From Tepidisphaera sp. (GTDB taxonomy: Bacteria; Planctomycetota; Phycisphaerae; Phycisphaerales; UBA1924), in contig CP051526.1 in NCBI GenBank assembly GCA_050916045.1, positions 1,440,001-1,504,000 on the forward strand: DNA of 64,000 nucleotides. The letters are read 5' to 3'. Under the pieces are notes generated by a model. That model did no database searches and had not been told where the DNA came from. It saw nothing but the letters and a program-made list of their open reading frames with translations. Both the position numbers and the translations under genes were made by a program. Each line of letters opens with the position of its first letter. Position 1 is the first letter of the stretch. This document shows positions 1 through 9,005 of this stretch, in pieces.

Positions 1-652
1 GCATCGCCTGGCTCATGAGGCGGGCCTGGAGGCCCATGGACGCGTCGCCCATCTCGCCCTCGATTTCAGCTTTGGGCACGAGGGCGGCGACCGAGTCGAC
101 GATGATGACGTCCACCGAGTTGCTGCGGACGAGCATCTCGCAGATTTCGAGAGCCTGTTCGCCCGTGTCGGGCTGGCTGACGAGGAGCTCATCGACGTTG
201 ACGCCGAGCTTGCGGGCCCAGGTGGGGTCCAGGGCGTGTTCGGCGTCGATGACGGCCGCGACGCCGCCGTCTTTCTGGGCGTGAGCGGCGACGGTGAGGG
301 CGAGGGTGGTCTTGCCGCTTGATTCCGGGCCGAAGATCTCGACGATGCGTCCGCGGGGGATGCCTCGACCGCCGAGGGCGAGGTCGACGGAGATGGAGCC
401 GGTGGAGATGCCGGGGATCGCGAGGAACTGGGCTTCGTCGAGCTTCATGATCGCGCCCTTGCCGAAGGCCTTCTCGACCTGCGACAGGGTGTTCTCAAGC
501 GACTTGCGCTTGGCTTTATCCTCGATGTGCTTGGTTTCGGCGACGGCGGCGGCGCTTCCGCGCTCATAGCCCCGTTCACCCGCGCGGTCCGACGAATTTC
601 CCGAACCCCGCTCGCCCGTACCCCGACCGCCGCGACCTTCAGAGTCTGCCAT
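1..652 (-). CDS. recA: Recombinase RecA, 5' part; runs off the left edge of the window
   Basis: Manual translation, not in the ORF track: MADSEGRGG...[22 protein letters not shown]...[21 protein letters not shown] (Walker A GPESSGKT). ATG at 652 is preceded by GAGGAAGG. Confidence 0.97.
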   Translation of the reverse strand, partial: MADSEGRGGRGTGERGSGNSSDRAGERGYERGSAAAVAETKHIEDKAKRKSLENTLSQVEKAFGKGAIMKLDEAQFLAIPGISTGSISVDLALGGRGIPRGRIVEIFGPESSGKTTLALTVAAHAQKDGGVAAVIDAEHALDPTWARKLGVNVDELLVSQPDTGEQALEICEMLVRSNSVDVIIVDSVAALVPKAEIEGEMGDASMGLQARLMSQAM

Positions 653-667
653 TGGACACCTTCCTCA

Positions 668-687
668 GTGCACCCGGCCGGGTGCAC
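668..687. promoter_or_regulatory. Perfect 20-bp palindrome just upstream of the recA RBS
   Basis: GTGCACCCGGCCGGGTGCAC equals its own reverse complement. The regulatory role is only inferred. Confidence 0.4.
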
Positions 688-1026
688 CTTTCTTTATGAC
701 CCGGCGTGGCTGCCTTGGACCACTCGCCCGAAAGCGGGTGGTGGGGGGCAGGCGACGGGCCTTGCCAGCGAGTGTGCCGTCCTGAGCGTCGTCCGAAAAC
801 CGGGCCAAAGGCCGAGGCCTCAAGCCGGTTTTCCGTCACGATCAGGCACGGATCCGGGGGCGTCGCTGAACGCGGGCCCGGACGGAGGAAACATACCAAG
901 GCCCGAACAGGCTGTCAAGCGTTCGGGTTCTGGGAAGTGCAGATTGTGGAAAAGTACGGTTCCGAGGCGCGGATGCCGGCCATTCCGGCGGGATCCGAAG
1001 GCGGATCGGCGATCTTCCGGGCCGCC

Positions 1027-1194
1027 GACGCGTTTCGACGGAGCTTCGAAGCGTGTCGACGGAGCTTCGAACCGCTTCGACAGAGCAAACTCGCGCGAGT
1101 ATGGACCGCGCACGCGCGAGTATGGAGCAAACTCGCGCGAGTAAGGAGCGCACACGCGTGAGCGCGGAGCAAACTCGCGCGAGTTTGGAGTGCG
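1027..1194. repeat. Degenerate 21-bp tandem array, 8 units
   Basis: GACGCGTTTCGACGGAGCTTC / GAAGCGTGTCGACGGAGCTTC / GAACCGCTTCGACAGAGCAAA / CTCGCGCGAGTATGGACCGCG / CACGCGCGAGTATGGAGCAAA / CTCGCGCGAGTAAGGAGCGCA / CACGCGTGAGCGCGGAGCAAA / CTCGCGCGAGTTTGGAGTGCG. Confidence 0.9.
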
Positions 1195-1297
1195 CGCGCA
1201 CGTCCGGGAAGCTTCGGGGCTGATCCGTTTGGCAAGGGCGGGCCGTGGTGCTCGGGGCAACCGGGCGGACGGGGCCGGGCCTGGATTATCGGCTGGC

Positions 1298-3640
1298 TTA
1301 TCGGTCAACCGGCGAGATGTCCAGGTGCAGCACGGCGAAGCCGTCGATCTCGAAGTGTTCGACGACGAGCTCAACCTCGGCCGCTTCGGCGAGTTCGAGG
1401 ATTCCTTCGTTGGTGGTGGGGGCGTGCCAGGTCCAGTTCTCGAGCACGGGCTTGCCGTTGGCCAGCACGCGGACGCCGTCATCCGAGAGGGTGGTGAACT
1501 TCCACTTGCCCTTGGGGAAGCGGACCTTGGCGGTCGCGATCATGCCGAAGCGGTCGGGGCCGATCTTGACCGCCGCGTCTTTGGCCCCACCCGTCCCCCA
1601 AGGTTGGTTGCTCGGGCCGCCGTGGGCGTAGTCAAAGCGGAGCGTGGGGACCTTGGCGGAGATCGCCTGGTCGGAGCTTGCGAGGGCCCGCCACTGGTCG
1701 AGGTGTTCCTTGGGGTCCGTCGCTTCGGCCCATGCGAAGGCTTTCACGTCCCACGAAGCGCCGACGACGACACCGGAGACCTTGCGCGACCAGTTGGGGA
1801 GGCTTGGGGAGGTGATGGTGGCGGTGTAGCGGGAGACGCCGGGCTTGGCGGCGAAGGAGATGCGGTGGCTCTGGCCGGTTGCGCCCTGGCCCGAGCTGGT
1901 CGAAGGGGTGGGGGTGACGGTTGCTTGAACTTCGTCGGAGGTGGCCTGGTCGAGGGTGACGGTGACGACGGGGGCGCCGAAGAGCTCGTAGATATGCTCA
2001 CCGCCGGAGATGGAGCGGGTGCGGAACATGGGGGAGGTGTGATCCCATGGACCCCACTGGCTCATGATGATGTTGTGGCGGCCGGCGAGGTGGGCGCGGG
2101 CGCCGATGGGCTTGGCGTTGCCAAGGGGTTCGTACTTGGGCGTCTCGGCGGCGGGGATGGTGGCGCCGGTGTCAAGGGCGATGCCGGGGGTGATGTCGGT
2201 CTCGACGCCGACGGCGGGGTCGATGGCGATGGTGTTGCCGGCGTAGACGGTGCTTACGAACTTTTCCGCGGGCTGGCCGGCGGCCGGCGGGGGGTCTTGG
2301 CGGAGGTGGATGCCGAGGAGTTTCTGGCCTTCGCGGAGGCCTTTGAAGGGGTGGCTCGCGTCGATGGTGATGGTGTTGCCGGCGATGACGTTTCCGGAGA
2401 GGGCGCGGTAGTTGGCTTTGCCCCAGGTGCGTGACTCAAAGTCGCCGTGGGCGTCCCACCAGAGGTGGACAGCGGCTTTGTTGTTGGTGAAGCGGTTCCG
2501 GATGATGAGGTTGCCGGAAGCGTGCTCCATGTTGACGCCGCCGCGCTCCAGGCCGTACGCCATCGCCCCGTTGCCGATGAAGTCGTTGCCCGAGATGACG
2601 GTGCCCTGGCTGTACCCGCCCCAGATGCCGGTGATGGCGTTCTCGACGAAGCGGTTGCCGATGATGTGGTTGCCGAAGGAGAAGGTCATCTCCAAGCCGT
2701 GGGCCGGGGCGTAGGAGAGGTCATTCTTGAGGAAGAGGTTGTCGTTGCACCCCTTGCGGGCGTGGTCGTAGGCGGCGGGGTTGGCCTGCCCTTCGGCGTC
2801 GAGAGCTTCGACGCCGGCGAACCCGAAGACGCCGTCGCCGCCGTGGGTGACGCTGTTCTCGGCGATGAGATTTTCGCTGCACTGCTCGAACATGAGTATG
2901 CCGGCGGAATCCTGCCCGCGGTTGTAGACGCCCTCGGAGTGGCCGCGCACGCAGAAGTCAAAGGCGTTGCGGGTGATGGTGTTGCGGCTGGAGCGGAACA
3001 TCGCCAGGCCCCAGCCCGAGAGGAAGGAGCAGTCGTTGTCGTAGACCTTGGAGTCCGTCACGCGGTGGAACATGATGCCGTTCTGGCCGCGGCGGACGAG
3101 CACGTTGCGGACGGTGATGTTCTTCCCCGAGCGGACCGAGAGAGCGGCGCCCCACTTGGTCGCCCACTCGTTGTTGTCGTTGCGGTGGGGGTAGAGCCAG
3201 TCGGTGGTGTCCTCGGCCATCGGCGTGGACCGGAGGCGCTGACGGAAGTTGTCGGAAAGGTCGGCGGCGTCGACGAGCAGGCTTTCGACCTCGGTCGCGG
3301 CGACGCCGACCTTGTAGCCGTGGACGCGGAGTCGGCGAAGCGTGATGTTCTTCGAGCCGGGGGCGATCGCGACGCCGATCCCCTGGTACGTGTCCCACAC
3401 GCCCTCGTCCGGGCCGGTTGGCCTCGGGCCGCCCCAGAGGTCAGACCCGTCGGCGAACTCGACGGTGATGTCCGAGCCGGAGATCTGGATGACGCCGTTG
3501 CCGTCGGTGTCCGCGATGATCGTGCCCGGCGGGATCACGATGCGGCAGGAAGCCATCACCGGCGTGTTGTCCTTGGTCACGATCAGGTCGGGCGCAGGAG
3601 ACGCGGCCGCCAGCGCCGCGAGGGAGACAAGCGTGAGCAT
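1298..3640 (-). CDS. Secreted right-handed parallel beta-helix (NosD/pectin-lyase-like) protein with a C-terminal PA14 domain
   Basis: Signal peptide MLTLVSLAALAAA; beta-helix repeats (SSRNTITRNAF, NLIAENSV, GNHIIGNRF); PA14 motif TLSDDGVRVLANG. TACGCT lies 5 nt before the ATG at 3640. Confidence 0.8.
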   Translation of the reverse strand: MLTLVSLAALAAASPAPDLIVTKDNTPVMASCRIVIPPGTIIADTDGNGVIQISGSDITVEFADGSDLWGGPRPTGPDEGVWDTYQGIGVAIAPGSKNITLRRLRVHGYKVGVAATEVESLLVDAADLSDNFRQRLRSTPMAEDTTDWLYPHRNDNNEWATKWGAALSVRSGKNITVRNVLVRRGQNGIMFHRVTDSKVYDNDCSFLSGWGLAMFRSSRNTITRNAFDFCVRGHSEGVYNRGQDSAGILMFEQCSENLIAENSVTHGGDGVFGFAGVEALDAEGQANPAAYDHARKGCNDNLFLKNDLSYAPAHGLEMTFSFGNHIIGNRFVENAITGIWGGYSQGTVISGNDFIGNGAMAYGLERGGVNMEHASGNLIIRNRFTNNKAAVHLWWDAHGDFESRTWGKANYRALSGNVIAGNTITIDASHPFKGLREGQKLLGIHLRQDPPPAAGQPAEKFVSTVYAGNTIAIDPAVGVETDITPGIALDTGATIPAAETPKYEPLGNAKPIGARAHLAGRHNIIMSQWGPWDHTSPMFRTRSISGGEHIYELFGAPVVTVTLDQATSDEVQATVTPTPSTSSGQGATGQSHRISFAAKPGVSRYTATITSPSLPNWSRKVSGVVVGASWDVKAFAWAEATDPKEHLDQWRALASSDQAISAKVPTLRFDYAHGGPSNQPWGTGGAKDAAVKIGPDRFGMIATAKVRFPKGKWKFTTLSDDGVRVLANGKPVLENWTWHAPTTNEGILELAEAAEVELVVEHFEIDGFAVLHLDISPVDR

Positions 3641-3685
3641 GCCGGAGCGTACCACGCCGGATGGGCATCCGCCGGAGCGCCGGAC

Positions 3686-4588
3686 TCAGCGTGCGGGATC
3701 CGTAGGGGGGCGATCGGGCTTGGCCGAGCCTCGGACGGGTTCGACGCTGGTCCATTCAATGGTGATGCCGTACTCGACGTACGGGCCGACCATGACGGGG
3801 ATGCCGAAGATTCCCGCTTCGGTCCGCGACTCGTTGAACGTGACGGCGGAGGTCATGAAGGCGCCGATCTCGGCGATCGTGCCCGCGGGGTGATCGCGGA
3901 GTTTGTTGCCGATGTGGGAGGGGACGGGCACGCTCTGCACGCCGCTGACGGGTGCCCGCGAGGTGGCGTCAAGCACGGTGTAGCTCACGAGGAAAGCCGC
4001 GTCGCGGGCGGCGGGGCTTGCGGACGAGGGGTCGGGCGTCGCGGGCTCGACGCTCTCGATGCGGGCGAGCCACTTGACCTTGCCGCGAAGCTCGCGGTTG
4101 ATGTCGCGGGTCCAGCGCTCGATCTCGCGCATGCGGTCGCGGCGTGCGATGTCGTTGTCGGCGACAACGCCGGAGAAGGCTTTCACGTACCGCTCGCGGA
4201 GGCCGGCGAGCATCGCGTCGGGGGAAGCCATCGGGTCGGCGGGGACGGTGAAGGTGGGCGAGGGGGGCGGCAGGGTCGGCCGCGTCATCGACCCGAGCAT
4301 GGCTTTGATCTGCGCGATGTCTCCCTTGAGGCCTTTCATCTCGTCGCGGAGCGCGAGGACTTGGTCGCGGGCTTCACGCACTTCCTTGCGAGCTTCGCCG
4401 AGCTCCAGGAGCGTCTTGCGGTGGCGCTCGTCCAGGTTGTCCACCTTCTCGCCGACCATGCCGATGAGGGTCGCGAGGTCGGGCTGCGACGGGCCGACAC
4501 CCATGAGCAGAGCCGCGGCAGCGAGCCCGGCGAACGCGAAGGTCACGATCGGTCGGCGTGCGGAGGCGGTCATCGGTCGCTGGCTCAT
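3686..4588 (-). CDS. Hypothetical exported protein with a coiled coil
   Basis: MSQRPMT... with an N-terminal hydrophobic stretch and a heptad-rich segment (LGEARKEVREARDQVLALRDEMKGLK). AGGAG RBS before 4588. Confidence 0.7.
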   Translation of the reverse strand: MSQRPMTASARRPIVTFAFAGLAAAALLMGVGPSQPDLATLIGMVGEKVDNLDERHRKTLLELGEARKEVREARDQVLALRDEMKGLKGDIAQIKAMLGSMTRPTLPPPSPTFTVPADPMASPDAMLAGLRERYVKAFSGVVADNDIARRDRMREIERWTRDINRELRGKVKWLARIESVEPATPDPSSASPAARDAAFLVSYTVLDATSRAPVSGVQSVPVPSHIGNKLRDHPAGTIAEIGAFMTSAVTFNESRTEAGIFGIPVMVGPYVEYGITIEWTSVEPVRGSAKPDRPPTDPAR

Positions 4589-4687
4589 GGATGCTCCTGG
4601 GCGGGTCGTTCCCGCAAGCCCCGCGGTCCCCGTGCGCTGCCCGGGTCCCCGGCCTCTACTGTACGAGCGACCCGCCCGGAACGATGC

Positions 4688-5734
4688 ATGATTGTCCAGA
4701 CCCCCGCAGACAAGCCGCGGACGCTCGAAGACCTGATCCCCCCCGGGCTGGCGGGGACGCTCGACCGCCTCGACCTGGTCTCCCGGAAGATCTTCGCGGG
4801 CAAGCTTCCCGGTGAGCGGCGGAGCAAGCGACGCGGCCGGAGCGTTGAGTTCGACGACTTTCGCAATTACACCGCGGGCGATGACCTCCGGCACATCGAC
4901 TGGAACGTCTACGCCAGGCTGGACAGGCTTTTCATCAAGCTCTTCCGCGAGGAGGAGGATCTGGCGCTGCACGTGGTCGTCGATGCGTCGCCGTCGATGC
5001 AGGCCGGCGCGGGTCCTGGTGCCGGCGGCGGCCCGCGCGTGCCGAGCAAGCTCGTCTTCGCGCACCAGGTCGCGATGGCGTTGTCGTACATCGGACTGAT
5101 CAACCAGAACCGCGTGACGGCTTCGGTCTTCGGCCGGGCTTCGGGTGCGGTCGCTTCGCTCGCGCCGGTGCGGGGCCGCGGGGGCGTGGTGCGTGTGGCG
5201 AATTTCCTTCTTGCGTCGCTCGATGATGCGTGGCAGACGCCGGGAGCGTCCCCGGAAGGCGCTTCAAGCAGTCCCATCGACCGATTTTCGGCCGAGATCA
5301 AGTCGATCGCAAGCCGGCGGAGCGGCCGCGGCGTGATGGTGGTGCTTTCGGATTTCCTCGTGCCCGGCGGCCCCGGTGCTCTCACGCCCGCGTTCGGGGC
5401 GCTCGCGGCGGCGGGGTCGGCGGCGTTTGACACGTCGCTGCTTCAGGTCCTCTCGCCGGGCGAGCTGGACCCTTCGGTCGAGGGTGCGGGTGGCGAGGAT
5501 GGCGGGCGGCTACTGGGCGATCTCCGCCTGACCGACGCCGAGACGGGCCGTGGTCGCGAGGTCACGATCTCTCCGGCTCTGGTCGCGGCGTATCGCAAGC
5601 GCGTGCAAGCGTACACGGAGGGGATCAAGTCCCTCGCCGCTTCGCGCGGACTGGCCGCGTACCTGGTGCCGACGACGACGGCCGTCGAGACGCTGGTTCT
5701 CGATTCGCTCCGCCGTGGCGGGATGCTCCGCTGA
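4688..5734 (+). CDS. DUF58 family (MoxR-associated vWA-like) protein
   Basis: GERRSKRRGRSVEFDDFRNYTAGDDLRHIDWNVYAR, VVDASPSM and VVLSDF motifs. The real gene is the C-terminal part of track ORF 2447..5734. Confidence 0.92.
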   Translation: MIVQTPADKPRTLEDLIPPGLAGTLDRLDLVSRKIFAGKLPGERRSKRRGRSVEFDDFRNYTAGDDLRHIDWNVYARLDRLFIKLFREEEDLALHVVVDASPSMQAGAGPGAGGGPRVPSKLVFAHQVAMALSYIGLINQNRVTASVFGRASGAVASLAPVRGRGGVVRVANFLLASLDDAWQTPGASPEGASSSPIDRFSAEIKSIASRRSGRGVMVVLSDFLVPGGPGALTPAFGALAAAGSAAFDTSLLQVLSPGELDPSVEGAGGEDGGRLLGDLRLTDAETGRGREVTISPALVAAYRKRVQAYTEGIKSLAASRGLAAYLVPTTTAVETLVLDSLRRGGMLR

Positions 5735-5743
5735 GACGCGTGC

Positions 5744-7240
5744 TCAGGCTCCCGCGCCGGCGGTCTGTTTGCGGGCGTCGGTGCGGCTGATGATGTCGCT
5801 GACGCCCTGCTGGTTGAAGCCTTTGAACCCGTCGTTGCGTTCGAGGTTCTCAAGGTGGCTTCCGAGCGCCCCGTCCTTGCGGAACGTCTCGCCTTGCGCC
5901 GCGGTGATGAGCCCCTTGCTGACAAGCATGTCGGTGCGACGGGCATCCACCGGCCAGCGCTCACCCTCGGTGAACGCTTGCCGCAGGTGGGGGAAGGTCG
6001 TGAAGGGATCCATCATCTTGATGGATTCCTTCTCGAGCTGGGCTTTGAGAGCGTGCCAGTCGAACTGGCACTCGAGGTGGTGCATGCCCGCCTGAAGGAA
6101 CGCTTCGCCGTGAAGCTCGCACCAGAGGCCGATCGTGCCGAGCTTGCCTTGCGCGATGGTCGTCTTGAAGCCTTCGTGCGGGAAGTCTCCGACGAGCTCC
6201 TCGGGCGTCATGTCAACATCGGCGAAGATCGTGATGCCCGCGACAGTCTGTTCGATAACCTGGGCGCCCCAGAAAGCTTCGTGCCCGGCGTAGAAGCGCT
6301 CGCGGCCCCTGAACCCGAGCTTCTCGAGGCAGCGGATGAGAGCGGGGTAGCAGTGACGGCTGCTGCGGTAGGTGTGGTGGTCGTGGTTGGCCCAGCCCAG
6401 GCCGAGGGCGTCCTGCCGGGCTTTCTGCACGCGTCCGGCGCGGGTGCGGCGCTGCCAGTAGTCGCGTTCGGCTTGGAAGAAGAGGTCGCACGCCCAGTCA
6501 CGCCCCAGATCGCGGACGGCGTCGTCGATCAGGTGCTCGGTGTGCGTGAAGCCGCGGAGGTCGGCTTGGTCGTCGACGCCGAAATCACGGTGACGCGTGC
6601 GGAAGCGTTCGAGGTGGCGAAGGCTCGCGATGATCTTGTGGTGGTCGTTCTGCACCGGCGAAAATCCGCGATAGCCGTGGCGTTCGACGACGTAGAGGTC
6701 CGCGTAGGTGCCGTGGAAAGCCAGGGCGCGGCGGAACTGCGAGAAGGGGTCGCCTTCGATCGGGTGTTCGAGCTTCCAGGTCGCGAGGAAATCGGCGACG
6801 TGGTCGACCTTGATGCCGCACTGGCGCGTGGGGCTTTCGGAGAGGATGATCGAGGGGAAGATCGCTCCCTCGTGCGTGAAGTGCTCGGGGGCGCCGGGCT
6901 GAGGCCTGTGCGAGAAGCCGACCTCGAGGAGTTTGGCCCGAAGGCCCGGGGAGGTCGGGACCTGGAGATAGTCGATCCAGTCCTGGAAGCGCGTGCCGGT
7001 CTGGTCCTTCATTCGCTGGGCGAGGTCCGCGGCGTGGGCGTTCTTGGCGGCAAACTCGGCGATGAGCGTGGAGACGAGCTTCTGAGCAGCGGGCTGAGGC
7101 TCCCAGCGGAACATGTCGGGTGACCAGTCAGGCTGCTTGGCGGCGGTGGTGGGCGTGTGGCTTGGGACCATGAAGACCTCCGTGAGAGCGGACCATGAGT
7201 CGGAGAAGAGCCCGTCGGCCGCGGGGTGCGGCGTTGACAC
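5744..7240 (-). CDS. Putative VOC-fold (HPPD/DUF1338-like) non-heme iron enzyme
   Basis: Motifs NHDHHTYRS, GMHHLECQF, LRQAFT and HLENLERNDGFKGFN parallel the DH / QH / LLQIFT / E..QR..GFG motifs of HPPD-like enzymes. GTG start lies 3 nt after the upstream stop. Confidence 0.6.
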   Translation of the reverse strand: MSTPHPAADGLFSDSWSALTEVFMVPSHTPTTAAKQPDWSPDMFRWEPQPAAQKLVSTLIAEFAAKNAHAADLAQRMKDQTGTRFQDWIDYLQVPTSPGLRAKLLEVGFSHRPQPGAPEHFTHEGAIFPSIILSESPTRQCGIKVDHVADFLATWKLEHPIEGDPFSQFRRALAFHGTYADLYVVERHGYRGFSPVQNDHHKIIASLRHLERFRTRHRDFGVDDQADLRGFTHTEHLIDDAVRDLGRDWACDLFFQAERDYWQRRTRAGRVQKARQDALGLGWANHDHHTYRSSRHCYPALIRCLEKLGFRGRERFYAGHEAFWGAQVIEQTVAGITIFADVDMTPEELVGDFPHEGFKTTIAQGKLGTIGLWCELHGEAFLQAGMHHLECQFDWHALKAQLEKESIKMMDPFTTFPHLRQAFTEGERWPVDARRTDMLVSKGLITAAQGETFRKDGALGSHLENLERNDGFKGFNQQGVSDIISRTDARKQTAGAGA

Positions 7241-7243
7241 ATC

Positions 7244-9001
7244 CTAACGCGGCGCGGCTTTCGTCGCGCACCAGGCTTCCCACATGGCCCGGAGGGCCGA
7301 GCCGAACCGGGCCGCGTGGCCGGGAGCGTCGCAAAGCGGCGACGCGGCCATCGTGTTCCTCAGATTGCGACGCAGATCCGCGAGGCGTTCCGGGTTTGCC
7401 GCGAGCGATGCCGCGACCGTCGCGAAGCTTTCCGAGCCCTTGGCGGCAAGATCCGCGAGGCCGACCGCCGAGAGGATCGAAGCCGAGACCCTCGACGCGT
7501 GGAAATCGCCGAGCAGCGTGACGACCGGGACGCCCATCCACAGAGCTTCGCAGGTGGTGGTGGTGCCGTTGTAGGGTGTGGGGTCCAGCGCGATGTCGAT
7601 TGAGTTGTAGCGGTCGAGGTGGGCGGTCGTGCCTTGGGTCGCGCCCTCGAAGATGACGCGTTCGGGGCCGATGCCGCCGGCGGCGAACCGCTCGAGGACA
7701 TAAGCGTGCACCGTGGGGTCCGCGAACGAGCCGGACTTGAGCACGATCACCGACCCCGGCACGGCGCGGAGGGCGGACGCCCAGAGCCCGATCGCCGTCG
7801 GGCTTGATTTCATCGCGTTGTTGAAGCATCCGAAGGTCACGCCGCGCGAGCCCGGGCGGGACATCGGGGGCGCGGGGTCGATCGGGCCCGCTTCCGCGGG
7901 CGGCTTGTAGCAGAGAAAGCAGGGGTCGATCCGCACGAGGTGCTCGGACGCGAGCGATTCCGAGCCCGGCGGGTCGGTGATGGAATCAACGATGCGGTAG
8001 CCGACGGCGCGCAGGCCCGTGGTGTTCGGGTAGCCCAGGTAGGTCGCTTGCACCGGCGCGGCGAAACCCTGCATGACGTTCAAGCGGTTGCCGTCGGTGT
8101 GCCCGGCCATGTCGATCAGGATGTCAATGCGGTCGTTCCAGATCTTGAATCCCATGCCTTCGGTCGCGCCGGGAATGGGGCTGAACTGGCGGAAGCTCTT
8201 GGCGATGGCTTTGAACCTCGCGGTGTACTCGTCGCGGAGGCCCATGGTGTAATAGAGGTAGAGCTCGAACGAGTTCTTGTCGAGGTTCGCGAGGAGGGGC
8301 TCGAGAAAGAACGCGCACGAATGATTGCGGAAATCGGGGGAGATCACGCCGACGCGGAGCTTGCGACCGGGCTCGGGCTTGTTGGCGTGATTGACGGGCA
8401 GAACGCCGGGCATGTTGGCGTAGGCTTCGCCGGCTTCGAAGTGCACCATCGCGCGGTCGGCGGCGGTGATGCCATCGTCAAAGTTGGAGAACGAAGCCCG
8501 TCGGCCCATGAAAAGCACATCGTGCGAGGCCATCATCGCGCCCTGGCGGAAAATCTCGCGTGCTTCGGCGAACATGCAGCATTCGTGGAGAGCGCCGGAG
8601 TACGCCCAGATCGCCCGAAGGTCCGCCGGATCGGACTCGTACCAGGCTTTGGCAACGCGGAGCTGCTCGGTGGGTCGGCGGATCATCGAGAGGAACGTGA
8701 GGTACGTCTCGCGGTGGGTGACGTTGTCTGGAGCGAGTTCCAGAGCCTTTTTCGCGGCTTCCAAGCCTTGTTCCTGCACGGAGAGGTCGCGTCTAGCCTG
8801 TCCCCACGCGGTGAGGACGTAAGACTGCACGTGCCACGCGGTGGCGTCGGTCGGCGATTGGGCGAGAATGGCTTTGATCTTGGCGTCGGCTTCCTCGTAG
8901 CGATTCGCGTTGAAGTCGTCGAGCACGGCCATCAGCGCCGGGTTGTGGCTCGGCTCGGTGGCGAGGTTGGGGTGCGCGGGTTGGGAGGGGTTCTGCGACA
9001 T
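7244..9001 (-). CDS. SPINDLY-like O-GlcNAc transferase (GT41) with N-terminal TPRs
   Basis: LRVGVISPDFRNHS, DILIDMAGHT, APVQATYLGYPNTTGL, FGCFNN and DIALDPTPYNGTTTTCEALWMGVPVVTL motifs. Confidence 0.93.
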   Translation of the reverse strand: MSQNPSQPAHPNLATEPSHNPALMAVLDDFNANRYEEADAKIKAILAQSPTDATAWHVQSYVLTAWGQARRDLSVQEQGLEAAKKALELAPDNVTHRETYLTFLSMIRRPTEQLRVAKAWYESDPADLRAIWAYSGALHECCMFAEAREIFRQGAMMASHDVLFMGRRASFSNFDDGITAADRAMVHFEAGEAYANMPGVLPVNHANKPEPGRKLRVGVISPDFRNHSCAFFLEPLLANLDKNSFELYLYYTMGLRDEYTARFKAIAKSFRQFSPIPGATEGMGFKIWNDRIDILIDMAGHTDGNRLNVMQGFAAPVQATYLGYPNTTGLRAVGYRIVDSITDPPGSESLASEHLVRIDPCFLCYKPPAEAGPIDPAPPMSRPGSRGVTFGCFNNAMKSSPTAIGLWASALRAVPGSVIVLKSGSFADPTVHAYVLERFAAGGIGPERVIFEGATQGTTAHLDRYNSIDIALDPTPYNGTTTTCEALWMGVPVVTLLGDFHASRVSASILSAVGLADLAAKGSESFATVAASLAANPERLADLRRNLRNTMAASPLCDAPGHAARFGSALRAMWEAWCATKAAPR

Positions 9002-9005
9002 GTGT

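Noticed and set aside
2447..4687. N-terminal ~750 aa of track ORF 2447..5734
   Set aside because: Antisense shadow of two real minus-strand genes; only the DUF58 part from 4688 is protein-like.
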